From positions 2,480,001 through 2,544,000 of the forward strand of contig NW_026781915.1 in assembly GCF_031769215.1 (NCBI RefSeq): a stretch of 64,000 nt of DNA, given 5' to 3'. Both the position numbers and the translations under genes were made by a program. This document shows positions 52,481 through 64,000 of the stretch, one piece after another. Under the pieces are notes generated by a model that did no database searches, was not told where the DNA came from, and saw nothing but the letters and a program-made list of their open reading frames with translations. Within the stretch, counting starts at the first letter, position 1. Each line of letters opens with the position of its first letter. This stretch comes from Ylistrum balloti. Taxonomy: Eukaryota.

Positions 52481-55401
52481 TAGAAACTGGATCTTAAACG
52501 TTCTGTGCAATGACTATAGTAAAAGCCAAGGAAAACTCTGTAGCATGAACATATTCACATTTTCATGTAGGACTGTTAGAGAAATAGCTGCATGTATCTA
52601 TTATTAACATTGGGAAACACCTGCTTGTGCCATTTCCTATATATTATGAGGGATTTAGCCCCTTGAAAGGCTCCTGGATTAAGCCTAGTGGTCTGTCTTG
52701 TTTCACCTTTTCATGTGTATGTGGTTACAGTGATTATTAGATCATTCAATTGTCTAAAGAATATCACTAACCTGGGAGTCAATCAAACTTAATTTATAAC
52801 AAATACAATAACATTACCTGGGTTTCATTTCTCACCAAAAATAGCAAAAGAAGAAGTAAGGTTTGAAGTCAGAAAGACAAAAACATTAAATGTTTATACT
52901 TTATAGACAATATTACTTGGTCTTGAGGAGTCATATATCCAAGGATGCTCCATAACTTTATATTTATTGTAAATGATGTTATAGCAATCCGTTGACAACA
53001 AACCAGTGCATGTATACACTACCAACAGAGAGTGATACTTTTCAAAATGAAGCATCTATTGATTATGATAAGATTAACATTTAACCAATGTTAATTCAAG
53101 TAAAAAGCAGCTGGAGACAAAACATTATATGGAAGTACAGTGTATATGACATTATTGAAATATCAACACTCTTTCAGCAATCATTTTGAGTTTATTTAAG
53201 TCAACTATTATTTTACTGGAGCAACAAAGAAGTATTATACACCAACTTAAACAAAGCATGGTTCAAATCAACAATTTTGTTCTAGATGGTTTTGCTCTCG
53301 AAGAATTCTTAACAACATTTTTAGTTACAAAATGCAAAACACACACAGATCCACATGTATATAACAATTTTAAATGCTGTCTCATGGTTGGACTGATACC
53401 AATAAACAGTGAATCATAATAAAGTATAACTGCATATCAAACAAAAGGTTTGTAGAAAATATAATTACAATGACACTTGAGCACCAATTGGTACAGTAAG
53501 TATACATACTCTTACTTCATGCATGACCTGACACAACAGTCAAAAATAAATCGGAACTCACACTAACCATAATTCAGTACAATACAAATGACCATCTGAT
53601 TTCATATATGCTTCTTCCAAGTATGAATATTAGACATAAAATTGTCAAAAACATATCAGCACCCAACGTTAGTTACATATATACCTCAAGTTACAAGATG
53701 GAGGATTTAACACATACTATTGTCTATTTGTACAAATGACACACAATTAGCACCTTTAAAATTTCAATACAAATTTAGAAAATTAAAAATAACATAGCCA
53801 AATATAATGAGTTACCATGGTAAACTGAAACAAATCAGAAGAGAACATGGTTATATTTCATACAAATATGAAGACTAGACACACACCATAGTGAAAATAA
53901 TACAAATCAGCAATGTTAGCACTGGACATTAGTTACAAAAATATACCTCATACAAGTAAGAGGACAAGACACATACAGTAGGTCAAAAAAAATTAATTAA
54001 AAAGAAAAGAAAAATCAAAACAAGACTGGACACCGGTTATAATTCATATCAATAAGAAACTTGATACAACAATGTCTGTCAATCAACTTATAATAGTAGA
54101 TTTAACCTTCATTTCATACATATTCATGGTCAAAGGAAAAGCCACACATGAAGTTAATATCATTATTGGTTTTCTTTAGACATTTATATGTCACTATTTC
54201 AATTTGACATTTGGAATTACAAATTAATTGATAATGTATTATTTGAAATAAAAAACCAAATCTCTAGAAATGGCAAACAAATTATAGCTGGTCAACATAT
54301 AGATTTAAAACAATGACCTTTTACATAAGTAAATGTTACAAATTGAAATAATAGAATTGTAAAGTGAGGAACACTTATGTGGAGTAATATTTCATCTATT
54401 TCAATCTCACTTTTGATATGTAAACAAGATAAATAACTGAAACCAAATTAATGTTTTGATTATATGTACTGTATAATTTAATGAATTCATTGCAATAACA
54501 CCAGCAGTTGAAAAGTTATTTCGAACAGAACTTTTCTTCAAAACAAACAATTATGGCATCCATGTCTCAAAATGAATGAGTATTGGGTTACAAAAATATT
54601 TGACATTACTTAAAATCTGCATCATAGAATATTGTAATATTAACAAAGTTATAACTCTAAATATCAATTTTGGAAAATTGTACTTGCAAGCATTGTTATA
54701 TCATCATTATGAAAAATATCAAATCACTATCACTTCAAAGAAATTTTGACAAAATAATACTTATACCTGATTAATAAATCAAAAGCATGTATATAACTTT
54801 CCCATTTTCAAAACACTTTAGATATAAACTGAAAGAGATTCTCTGAAATAAAAATTAACAAAACAGGAACGAAAATAGAATAAAAAAAAAGGCAAATAAA
54901 TCATTAACTAAAAACTGGAACCAAATCAAGCAAGCATAAGAAATCATCTAAAGAAAATAGTATATACCTTAAATACTGTAATAAATGTAATTTTATTGCC
55001 AATTGCTGATATTCTGTATCAAGTCAGAGGATAATTGTTATATAAGGGACATAACTCCTATAGAAATTATGATTACAAAAAGAAAAAAAAAATGTTTTAA
55101 ACTTCGAAAATGAGTGATAACATTTGCCAAGTTTCCTGAATGCAAGTTCATGATGTAAGAGTTTCCAGGACTAATGCCTACCAGCAAGCAAAGGTTAGAC
55201 ATGAAACATAACAGAAAATTACGATAAAAAACAAAAGTAATTTTGATTATGATGGTGGATTGGCAACGAGCATGATGACAATGCTGATCATTCAAAATCA
55301 TCTTTATACATTCAAATTACACATTTAAATAATAAAACCAGTTCGCGAAAATCTTGATCCCTATTTAAGTATGCGACATACACATATGAAATCCATAAAA
55401 G

Positions 55402-58084
55402 TCACAATTCTCCACCATGAGGATCTGTGTTAGACTCAGGTTCAGTAAACACAGTAGTCGTATCATCGCCATCTTCAATTGCTCTCTTCACATCATCATA
55501 AATTTCTGCAACAGACACCCATGGACCCCAGGCATTCAGTAAGTGTCCTCTCTGATCCACCAGGTACTTCCAGAAATTCCAATTTGGTGGTTCTCCAGCA
55601 TGTTCTGACATAGCAATAAAAGGAGAAACGCATTACAAATCATACCAATCCCAAAAACACTAGTCAAATAAAAATCAAGACCTATATGGTACTTATATAC
55701 AAAACAACCAGGCAACTGACACATGGGTATACATGCATTTAATGTTATATTTTGTACAAGTTTCAGAAACTTATCAACTAAAATGAAAAATTCATGAAAA
55801 TATAATGAGTTATAGATATCAATGTAAAATGAATTCCATGTTTCAAAGGAATATTTATATCATAGAAAGATGACATCCTACAATTCTATATACACTCTTA
55901 ATGGTATTTCTGTGAAATAAATAAAACAAGACAAAGTAAATAGCAATCTGAAATAACTTAAATAATACTTAACTAACTTTAATCAAAATATTTTTCTATG
56001 TGGTTATGGCGTATATTTTATGCAGACAACACATTTTTTAAATACCTTTTAGTTTTGAAAGGAAGAAACCTTTTTTTTTATTTTATTTTGATTTTTTTCT
56101 CAATATTAAATCATGAATATCAAGCTGATATCACTTTGTCAATTTCAAATATACATAATTGTCTTCAAATTTCCAACATTCCTACCTATGAGGTAATTCC
56201 AGGCATCTGGCACATTGTCATTCAGCACATTAACTTTAGCAAACATGGGAAAGTCAGCTCTGTATGTTGTCCTAGCAAACCTTTCTATTTCATAGTTGCT
56301 CTATAACAAGAAAATATACATGATATACTACTGTATGATTATGCTGCCATCAACTGAAAAGTTGCGTGTTCTGAGGAAATTTTAAAATTCAATGAGGAAG
56401 TGATATTCTTTGGGAAAAAAAAGAGGAACATTTAAATCATACTCTTATTCAATGGAAATACAGCTTACAGCAGGTTCCTGGGCTCCAAACTGATTACAGG
56501 GGAATGCCAGCACATTGAAGTCCTCCCCTCTGTAGGATTTTTGTAGCTTCACTAAGCCTTTATAATGGTCGTCTGTGAATCCACATTCTGATGCCACATT
56601 TACTACGAGGGAAACCTTGAAGACAAATGTTATTGCAGATATAGCAGTTGATATAATAATTTTGGCATATGTATAAAGAACAAATTTTAAAAAATACATT
56701 TTTGTAGATAGACTGTATATCAGCATCTTTGTTTTGATATTGATAATTTTAACTTAACTGTTTCAATAAAGATAATAAAGGATGCAGACTTGTTTATGTA
56801 TTTTACTTGGGCATATTATATGTCAGCATGGCAAATTTGTTGTGGGGCCATGGTTCTCCATCAAGACGATATATGGAAGCAGTTTGATAGCCATGTACAG
56901 TGTATTAAAACAACAATATACAAAATAATTTTGTGAATTAATACTATGGCCAGTGATGAAAGTAATGAGAAAAAAAAAATTATCTTCATCAGTTTATAAA
57001 GGTGTGTGATCTGTGTGTGTTAAAAGTAGATGGTTATATAATACACTGCATTAATATTTGTCCGAGTGAATTGCATGAACCAGTATTCTTTCTATTTTTC
57101 GCTGCATCTAATAGGTCTTAATTTGTAGTCATTTTTATTTTTGGTTGTTTTGTTAAGTACATAGTGTCAATGGCAAATAGCCTGATAATGCTGTCAATAA
57201 TGTATTCAAAGAAATCATTGATATATATGAGAAGAAGACTGAGCAAAGACACTGTGGACCGGTTCTTTGAGGCACTCTTGATGTTACTGGTACAATGTAT
57301 TTTATTATTTTAGTTTTTGCCTACAAATAGTACTGTAGGGGAGCTTTGTATTATGAAGTCTGAAGTCCATGCGAGCGTACCGACAGTGATGCCATATTAT
57401 CTTATTTTGTATTGTTGGCATTTGTATTGATTCTGTCAAAAGCTTTGGCAAACTGTAAAAGTCCATGATGTAATGTGTGTCTGTTATTGTAGTTTTGTGC
57501 GATGTCATGTAAGAATGAGATGAGTTGTCTCTCACGGGACATGATGAACGTGATCCATATTTTGGTTTTCTAAGTGCTAGTTTACACAAGATGCATGGGA
57601 GTGATATGGGTCTTCAATTGTTACGTTGTATTATATCCTTTTCCATAGATGGAAGTGACATTCGCATGTGAAAATTTGATTATCATATTTCTTTAGGCCG
57701 ACATTTGTCTTAGTTCTTTTGTACAGCAGCGTTTACCTTTCCCCTGTATCGTTCCAATGAAACCGGATCTCCAGTTATGTCAGTTACATTAAATGAATAA
57801 AAATCTGTTTCCTCTGGTTTAACAGCGGTTGTTTCGTCTTGGAAATCGTTTTCAGAGATAGTGAATTCTTCAATAGTGTTGTCGTCTGCAATTTTTGGAA
57901 CACCATCTGTTGATTGTGTGTTTAAAGTAACGCTGTCAGTTTCATCGATAGCATGCGTTGAAGTATATTTAAATATTGTTATAATTATACAGGTTGTTGC
58001 AAACCACTTGAAAATTGTCTTAAATATGGCGCTTTTCTTAAACATCCTATTCTGCAACATGTTCACGTTGTTGACGGAAGCCAT
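55402..58084 (-). CDS. GPX7/GPX8: Glutathione peroxidase 7/8-like (Cys-type, secretory/ER PDI peroxidase), 4 exons, about 270 aa
   Basis: Exons 58084-57737 (hydrophobic N-terminal segment; FYSFNVTDITGDPVSLERYRGK), 56615-56469 (VSLVVNVASECGFT..LAFPCNQFGAQEP; peroxidatic residue is TGT Cys, not TGA), 56300-56186 (EIERFARTTYRADFPMFAKVNV), 55604-55402 (PNWNFWKYLVD..HGGEL stop). Total 813 nt, in frame. Confidence 0.93.
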
Positions 58085-58141
58085 GCTTGTTTCAGTATCT
58101 CGTCAAATACCGCATATCGCGAGATTTTTCGAGAAAGCAAC

Positions 58142-58595
58142 TTTGAAAAATTCAACCAATGAAATGTTGCATTGTCCTTCCAATCAAGAAAATGATTGGC
58201 TTATATTCACAGCGGCAATATCAAATATGAAAACAGCAACAACCTGCTCAGACTTGTAAACGTTGTGTGCAGATATAAAAAACAGTCGTTATCGAAGTGA
58301 ATGTGTTAATCCTATTGTTATAAGTTTAAAAGACATGAATAAGCAAGAACCGTAAGTATGAAAAAAACTTTGCCTCCAATTTAAGTATAAATTGTCGAGA
58401 TCACATATAAAATCTGCTTGCTGTCAGTCCCATTGGTTGATTGAATATTGTCCAAGTTTTGTCAACATTGGATGGCCTACGACATTTCACTTGATGTATT
58501 ATAATACCTAAATATGACATTTCTGCGACAGAATTGATGTGCGATACGTATCTTGGAAACGGTATTGTTTATGTTGTTCATAATTTGTACTTGAA
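58142..58595. promoter_or_regulatory. Putative shared (bidirectional) promoter of GPX7/8 and CDC20 with CCAAT boxes and CHR-like hexamers
   Basis: CCAAT at 58156 and 58180; ATTGG at 58195, 58432 and 58467; TTTGAA at 58142, TTTAAA at 58325, CTTGAA at 58590. These short motifs also occur by chance in AT-rich DNA. Confidence 0.4.
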
Positions 58596-59699
58596 ATCAA
58601 TCGTTTCCACTGAATTCTGTGATTACCGAATCAAGAATAAAAAGAATTTATTCCTATTCATTTATATCGTATTTTAATATGGTAATATATTTTGTGTGTT
58701 TTGAGTAAAGCTTGTATATAAGACCTTACTAGGTAGCATAGATTGGTATGCAGTTTTAAATTACATGGCGTAGAAATGAAATTTTATAGGGAATTCGAAC
58801 ATGAACATCAGGTAGGTAGTGCTGTGTAACTTTTACGTGACGAGTGAGTAGCCACTTTTACACAACGTCATTTGCAATGTCAGACGGTTGGTTTTACATT
58901 TACATCGTTTTTTCAATAAAATAGAAAAAGTAATGTTACTTAGATATCTACTTGTTAATATTTGTTAATACATGTATTTACCTTAATAACTGCCTGTTTT
59001 CTCTTTGGGAATTGAATGATTGATATAAAGCCTGTGTTATTGTCTAGTCGAGCTGATTCTAAAATTCAGAAACGACTCTCACCAGATATTCCTTCCACAT
59101 AACGTTATTCAGTCTGTATATTGATTTAAGTTTTGATAATCTCCATATTTTTTTTTATGTAATTGATGTCTGGGGACTGTGCTGGCCAAGGAATAGTTTC
59201 AATATTATTTTCCGTTTTCCAGCTGCAGGTCTGTCTTTGACACGTGATGGCAAATATTCAAAAGGGAAGAATGTGGCCTGTGACATTTTTCTTTCTATCC
59301 GAGTCAAATATTATAACTTAGCTAAATAAAGGATATCCTGTAACTGTTTATTGAAAATTAACAAAAACTAGCCTAGCATTGTTTATGTATACAAATGTCT
59401 AATGAGACAAATGGTGTTGTGCAAAAGAATCAATAATATATACAAAATCACAAATATTATACGTTTTCCATGGAGTAATGCCAACAAATTGAAGTTGATA
59501 ATGAAATACAGCCTTTTACCATTATTACTTGAATACAGCAAAAATACTTTGGTAGAAAGTGCATACTTAGATTTTCAATTATTTTCAGATGACACACCGG
59601 CACATATGACAAGAACAGCACTTTCAAGCATAAAAGGGTCTTTTGGAAACAACCAGCTTAAGAATAACAGATTTACATAAATATTAACAGTAACTGACC

Positions 59700-62600
59700 A
59701 TGTCACACTTTAACTTTGAAAATGAGCTAAACAGTGTATTGAGAATGGATGCACCGATATCTAAAGGACCAACAATGAGATGGCAAAAGCGAGCAGAAAA
59801 TCACCAAGACTGCAACATGGCAAACATTTCTGTGAACAGTTCGTTGAATGCCAGTACCACAACAGCCACCAGTAAAACACCTATGAAAAATTTGAACAGA
59901 TCAGTGAATAACCCTAAAACACCATCAGCAGGGTCTGGCGGGAAAACACCAAAGTCTGGAGGTAACAATCCAACAGTGCTATCAAAGGAATCATTTCATG
60001 TTTGTGTTCAAAATATGTATTGTTGTAGCTAAATTATCAATGTCTCCTGTGACAGACTCATTACAGGGTAAACTTTTTTCATTATTATAATTTTGATGAT
60101 TTTTTAGTGTATATTCAGCTTATACTACAAAATTTTATGGACAAATAACACTTATGAAATGTGTATGATATCATACAATAGTCCAGATGTAAATTTTTCA
60201 CATTTTTCTGATATCATTAGTATTTGAAGCCAAGATAAATCAAATTTAATACTGATGATCCATCTTAGCTGATGCATGACTCTGTTATGAGATCATTTTA
60301 TATTACTTCAGGCAAGACGAAAACACCAGGAAAAGCCCCCAAAACACCAAGTGGCGGAGACCGCTTTATTCCAAGCCGGAGTTCTTCACAATATGACCTG
60401 GGTCACTTTAAAATAATGAGCAACAATACTGAAGATCCAGAACTTTTGAGTCCTTCTCAAAAAGAATACCAGAAAGTGATGAGTGAAAACCTGAATGGTA
60501 CAGACGTGGAAGCAGGAAAAGTTCTATCGTACCAAACAAAGGCACCATCAGCACCAGCTGGTACATATATTTCTGTCACATTACATTTTCTTTCTGGATT
60601 CAGCTATGTCTCTAAACGGAATCCACCTATCGTTATTCAAAGTCCCTTTTCAATATTTTGGGTGCATTCAATGTCTTTTACCAATTTTTATGTTCATTTG
60701 TGTTAACATTTAAGTGTTTAGTTTGGTTTTGGATTTTAATTTGCAACCTCAGGTGAAGATTGATCCTTAGTTTTTAATTCAATTGAATCCATACTGTGTG
60801 GTTTAAATTTTCAGGAAGCTGAAATCTTAGACCCTGCATCAAAATGGCTTTTCAGTGATTTTTTGGACACAGATATTTGAGTCCTGGATTCATGGTTTTC
60901 CTTCAGGACTCACAAAAAATGTTTTGAGGCCCAATTCTATCTATAAGTAATGAGATTATTAATATTTTGAAATTTGTGTTGTGGACTCCCCTTCTTACAA
61001 TAAAATACTACCTTGGTTGTTATCAGGTTGATGAATTACCCAGATAGCAAACAAACACTACTTCTGGTCAAATTGAAATTATATATTATAATAGGGCAAA
61101 AACTTCAGTAGCATGTTTAAAACACTCTGCTTCAATCTTTGTCTGGTGACCAATATTCAATTTCTAAACTAAAAGTGGCAGTGAAAATACAGGGGCCACC
61201 TTCCCAATCATACATTTCCCTGAGCACTGGGTTTTTCTCTCAGTAAACCCTGTTGTGATTGTAAGCCAGCCAACAAGAGTGATCAGTATAAATGGATATT
61301 ATTTCCTGATTGTGGTAAAAATCACATTATATTTGTTTGTTACATTGTTAAAGCTGATATATACACTGTAAGAACTGATGTTATGGAAAGTGTCACAAAT
61401 CTCTTTGAACCTTTTGTCATTTACATGTGATAGATCATAAATTATATACAGTACATTTGGTATTTGCAGGGTTCCAGAACCATCTAAGGGTTGTATACAG
61501 TAAAACACCAGCCAGCACAGCCAAGAAGACCACACGCAATATACCTCAAGTTCCTGAGCGCATCCTTGATGCACCAGATATCCTAGATGATTATTGTGAG
61601 TCTTTCCATCGCGTTAAATTTTTCACTAGATATTCACATTTTGAGAACATGATGTCAAAAGCTACTACTTCAATGAAATCAATTTCAATAATGCCAAATT
61701 CACTCAAATGAAGTTAAGGATTCTAGAGATACCAGTGTTGAAGTATATGTACAGTGAGCATCTACAATTTTTTTCGCAAGTACTTTTCATCTTTATTGTA
61801 AAAACCGAAACAAGAAATTCTAGGAGACTCATCAAAATTCTATGAGTACAGGAATCCAAACTTGCATGTTTTCAGTATCTCTGCATGTATTACATATGTA
61901 TACCTCGGTGTATACTTCTGACCACATTGATTTTAAAAAGATACACAGGATTGATTAAATGTGCAGTATAATTTGCAAAAGATTGAAAACATTTCAATTA
62001 TAGTAATATTTAATACCAGTAACATTCTCAAACTGTGAAATAAATTTCATGGTAAAAACATCCACAGTACCATGATATTTTGTTTATTTGTTAGAATTTA
62101 ATGACTATGTTACAGTGATATTTTGTTAATCCTATTGTGCTAATCAGTTAAAATGGATATTCACTATAGTAATGAAATGTGGAAGTTTCAGCAATTACCT
62201 GGTAAGATAACACTACCGTATGGCTACAATAATATAAGGGCATGGTAAGGCATATTAATGATTGCAAATTACTTATGATTTTTTGAAGGAACAAAAGATT
62301 TGGAGCTTTAAAATTTTCTCTAAAGTCGATATAGGATTGAATTGATCTAATAAACATATTCAAGTAAAATGATATATATGCCATTTGAACTTGGTATTTC
62401 AGAAATTTTGATGTAAAAGGCTTGTAATGATGTCTGATGATTAAATATTTCAGACCTAAACCTATTGGACTGGTCGGTCAACAATCACCTAGCTGTATGT
62501 CTGGGTGGAAGTGTGTACCTGTGGAATGCTGCATCAGGGGATATTAACCAGCTCTGTCAGATGGAAACAGCAGATGAGTACATCGGGGCAGTGGCCTGGA

Positions 62601-63479
62601 TTAAGGAAGGAAATTATTTGGCTGTAGGCACAAGTAATGGTGAAGTTCAGGTATGTGAGCAGATCGGTGGTATATAGTGTCACTTGGTGTCCCTGTTATT
62701 GGTGAAGGTTACTTGTCTCTACCAAATTGAATGACATTGCTATATGGGATATTAATAAAACAACTTAAGGCATTTTTTTTTTGGTTCAAATTTGATCTTT
62801 TCAAAAGATAAAATTTCAGAATTAAATAGCTTTCGTAAAAGTTCAGGGCATTCAGCTGACCTTATGGATTTGTTTTTCAATCTCAAAAATGGGTTATGAC
62901 TCTCTGACTTTGAAGGGACACATACATTTTGACCCATGAGATTTGTGATTTGACTTCACAGTGTATACAGTGAATGTACATGTGCAATACTGCCACATTA
63001 CATACATAGTAATCCTGACCAAACAAAAATATAGGATCGCTTTTTTATTTTCAGAATATCCTCAAGTCAATAACATATTCATATGGATAAACATATTATT
63101 GTTTGTATTCATGTTATGAAAATTCAAAAAATGATATGTGGATTGATTTTTAGTCTTTGTTATTGCATTTAAAATACATAATCGGAAGCCTTGGGACTTG
63201 TCTGATTCAGTACAATAATGGAATATTTGCAGAACATTCTCTTGAAATCAGCAAGAAGTCAAGGAAGAATTGTATTTGCGGACAATTATAGAACACTTTT
63301 CATTTGTTGATAGCGCTAGATACTTATAAAGAATGGTGAAATTTCTTGCCCCACAAATGTTCAATGACAACTATTGTTTTACAGTTGTGGGATGTAGCAG
63401 CCACCAAGAGACTGAGAAACATGACTGGACATTCAGCACGAGTGGGATCCCTGTCCTGGAACTCCTATATCCTGAGCAG
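59700..63479 (+). CDS. CDC20: Cell division cycle protein 20 (fizzy), 5' part; gene continues beyond the window
   Basis: Exons 59700-59961 ([30 protein letters not shown]; multiple TP CDK-type sites), 60312-60560 (C-box DRFIPSR), 61470-61595 ([14 protein letters not shown]), 62454-62650 ([29 protein letters not shown]40), 63385-63479 ([23 protein letters not shown]). Probable non-coding exon ending 58811 (cag|gtaggt) and acceptor at 59691. Confidence 0.95.
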
Positions 63480-64000
63480 GTATACTGATAAAAGACTTGA
63501 GTGAGATGATCAATGGGAAATCACGTAAATATGTAGAGATAAAAAGGGATGGGTTATTTAGTAAAAGCATCATCTGTGTCTCAGTTTGTAGCAAAATAAC
63601 TGAAGTGAAAGATATCCCATGAACTTAGTAACAGATTTACCTCATATTTACACGTATATTTAGCTTTCTATTACCTTAAGTTCTAAACTTGATTAGGTTT
63701 TAATATCAGTTGTCAAGGTTACAGAATCAACCACTTTGAAATTAAACCTCTTTAAAGATCTGATTGTTATTTACTCTTTAGTATTGAAAAATATTAACAG
63801 TCAAGGTTAAAGGTCACACAAGAAATCACATATATCCTTTCCTGATAGTTGGTGGTATATTAGGTAAGCCCCTGTTCACTTTGTTTTCAGTATTGTCTGT
63901 TTATATCCTGGTCATCAGAGAACTAGACTCAACATCATTTAGTTTCTACTTAGAATTTACAGCATATCAGTTACCTACGTTAATATGAATGATTAAAAAA

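Noticed and set aside
56581-56600. GPx as a second selenoprotein
   Set aside because: Active-site codon is TGT (ASECG), so it is a Cys enzyme.
61176-61200. TGGCAGTG (miR-34/449 seed) inside a CDC20 intron, tempting because miR-449 lies in a vertebrate CDC20B intron
   Set aside because: Only the 8-nt seed matches; the following bases differ from miR-34/449 and no precursor hairpin is evident.

Overview
AT-rich, intron-containing animal DNA. Gene content and repeat types point to a mollusc, probably a bivalve (inference; species cannot be determined here). Five genes were reconstructed by hand from GT-AG exon chains. (1) + 3648-28369: a receptor-type tyrosine phosphatase with signal peptide, F-type lectin domain, 16 EGF-like exons, TM helix and a single PTP domain. 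(2) - 36311-42312: FBXO25/FBXO32 (atrogin-like) F-box gene. (3) + 47231-49550: selenoprotein P, which the ORF track shatters. Its reading frame holds 42 in-frame TGA codons (1 in the N-terminal UxxC, 41 in a 387-codon tail with no TAA/TAG) and is followed by a type II SECIS-like hairpin at 49818-49880. (4) - 55402-58084: Cys-type GPx7/8-like glutathione peroxidase. (5) + 59700 to beyond the window: CDC20/fizzy, head-to-head with the GPx. The standout is the Sec-rich SelenoP tail. In it, 59 of 64 Sec/Cys residues sit in [U/C]-X-[U/C] pairs, Sec replaces Cys towards the C-terminus, and 32 of 41 UGAs are followed by C. Sec-rich bivalve SelenoP is known in general, so this is a striking instance rather than a proven new class. 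Other items: decayed Penelope-type hammerhead ribozyme relics, a 52-nt array of duplicated exon-end plus splice donor, palindromic minisatellites and Helentron-associated (HINE-like) elements. All coordinates were counted by hand and may be off by a few bases.
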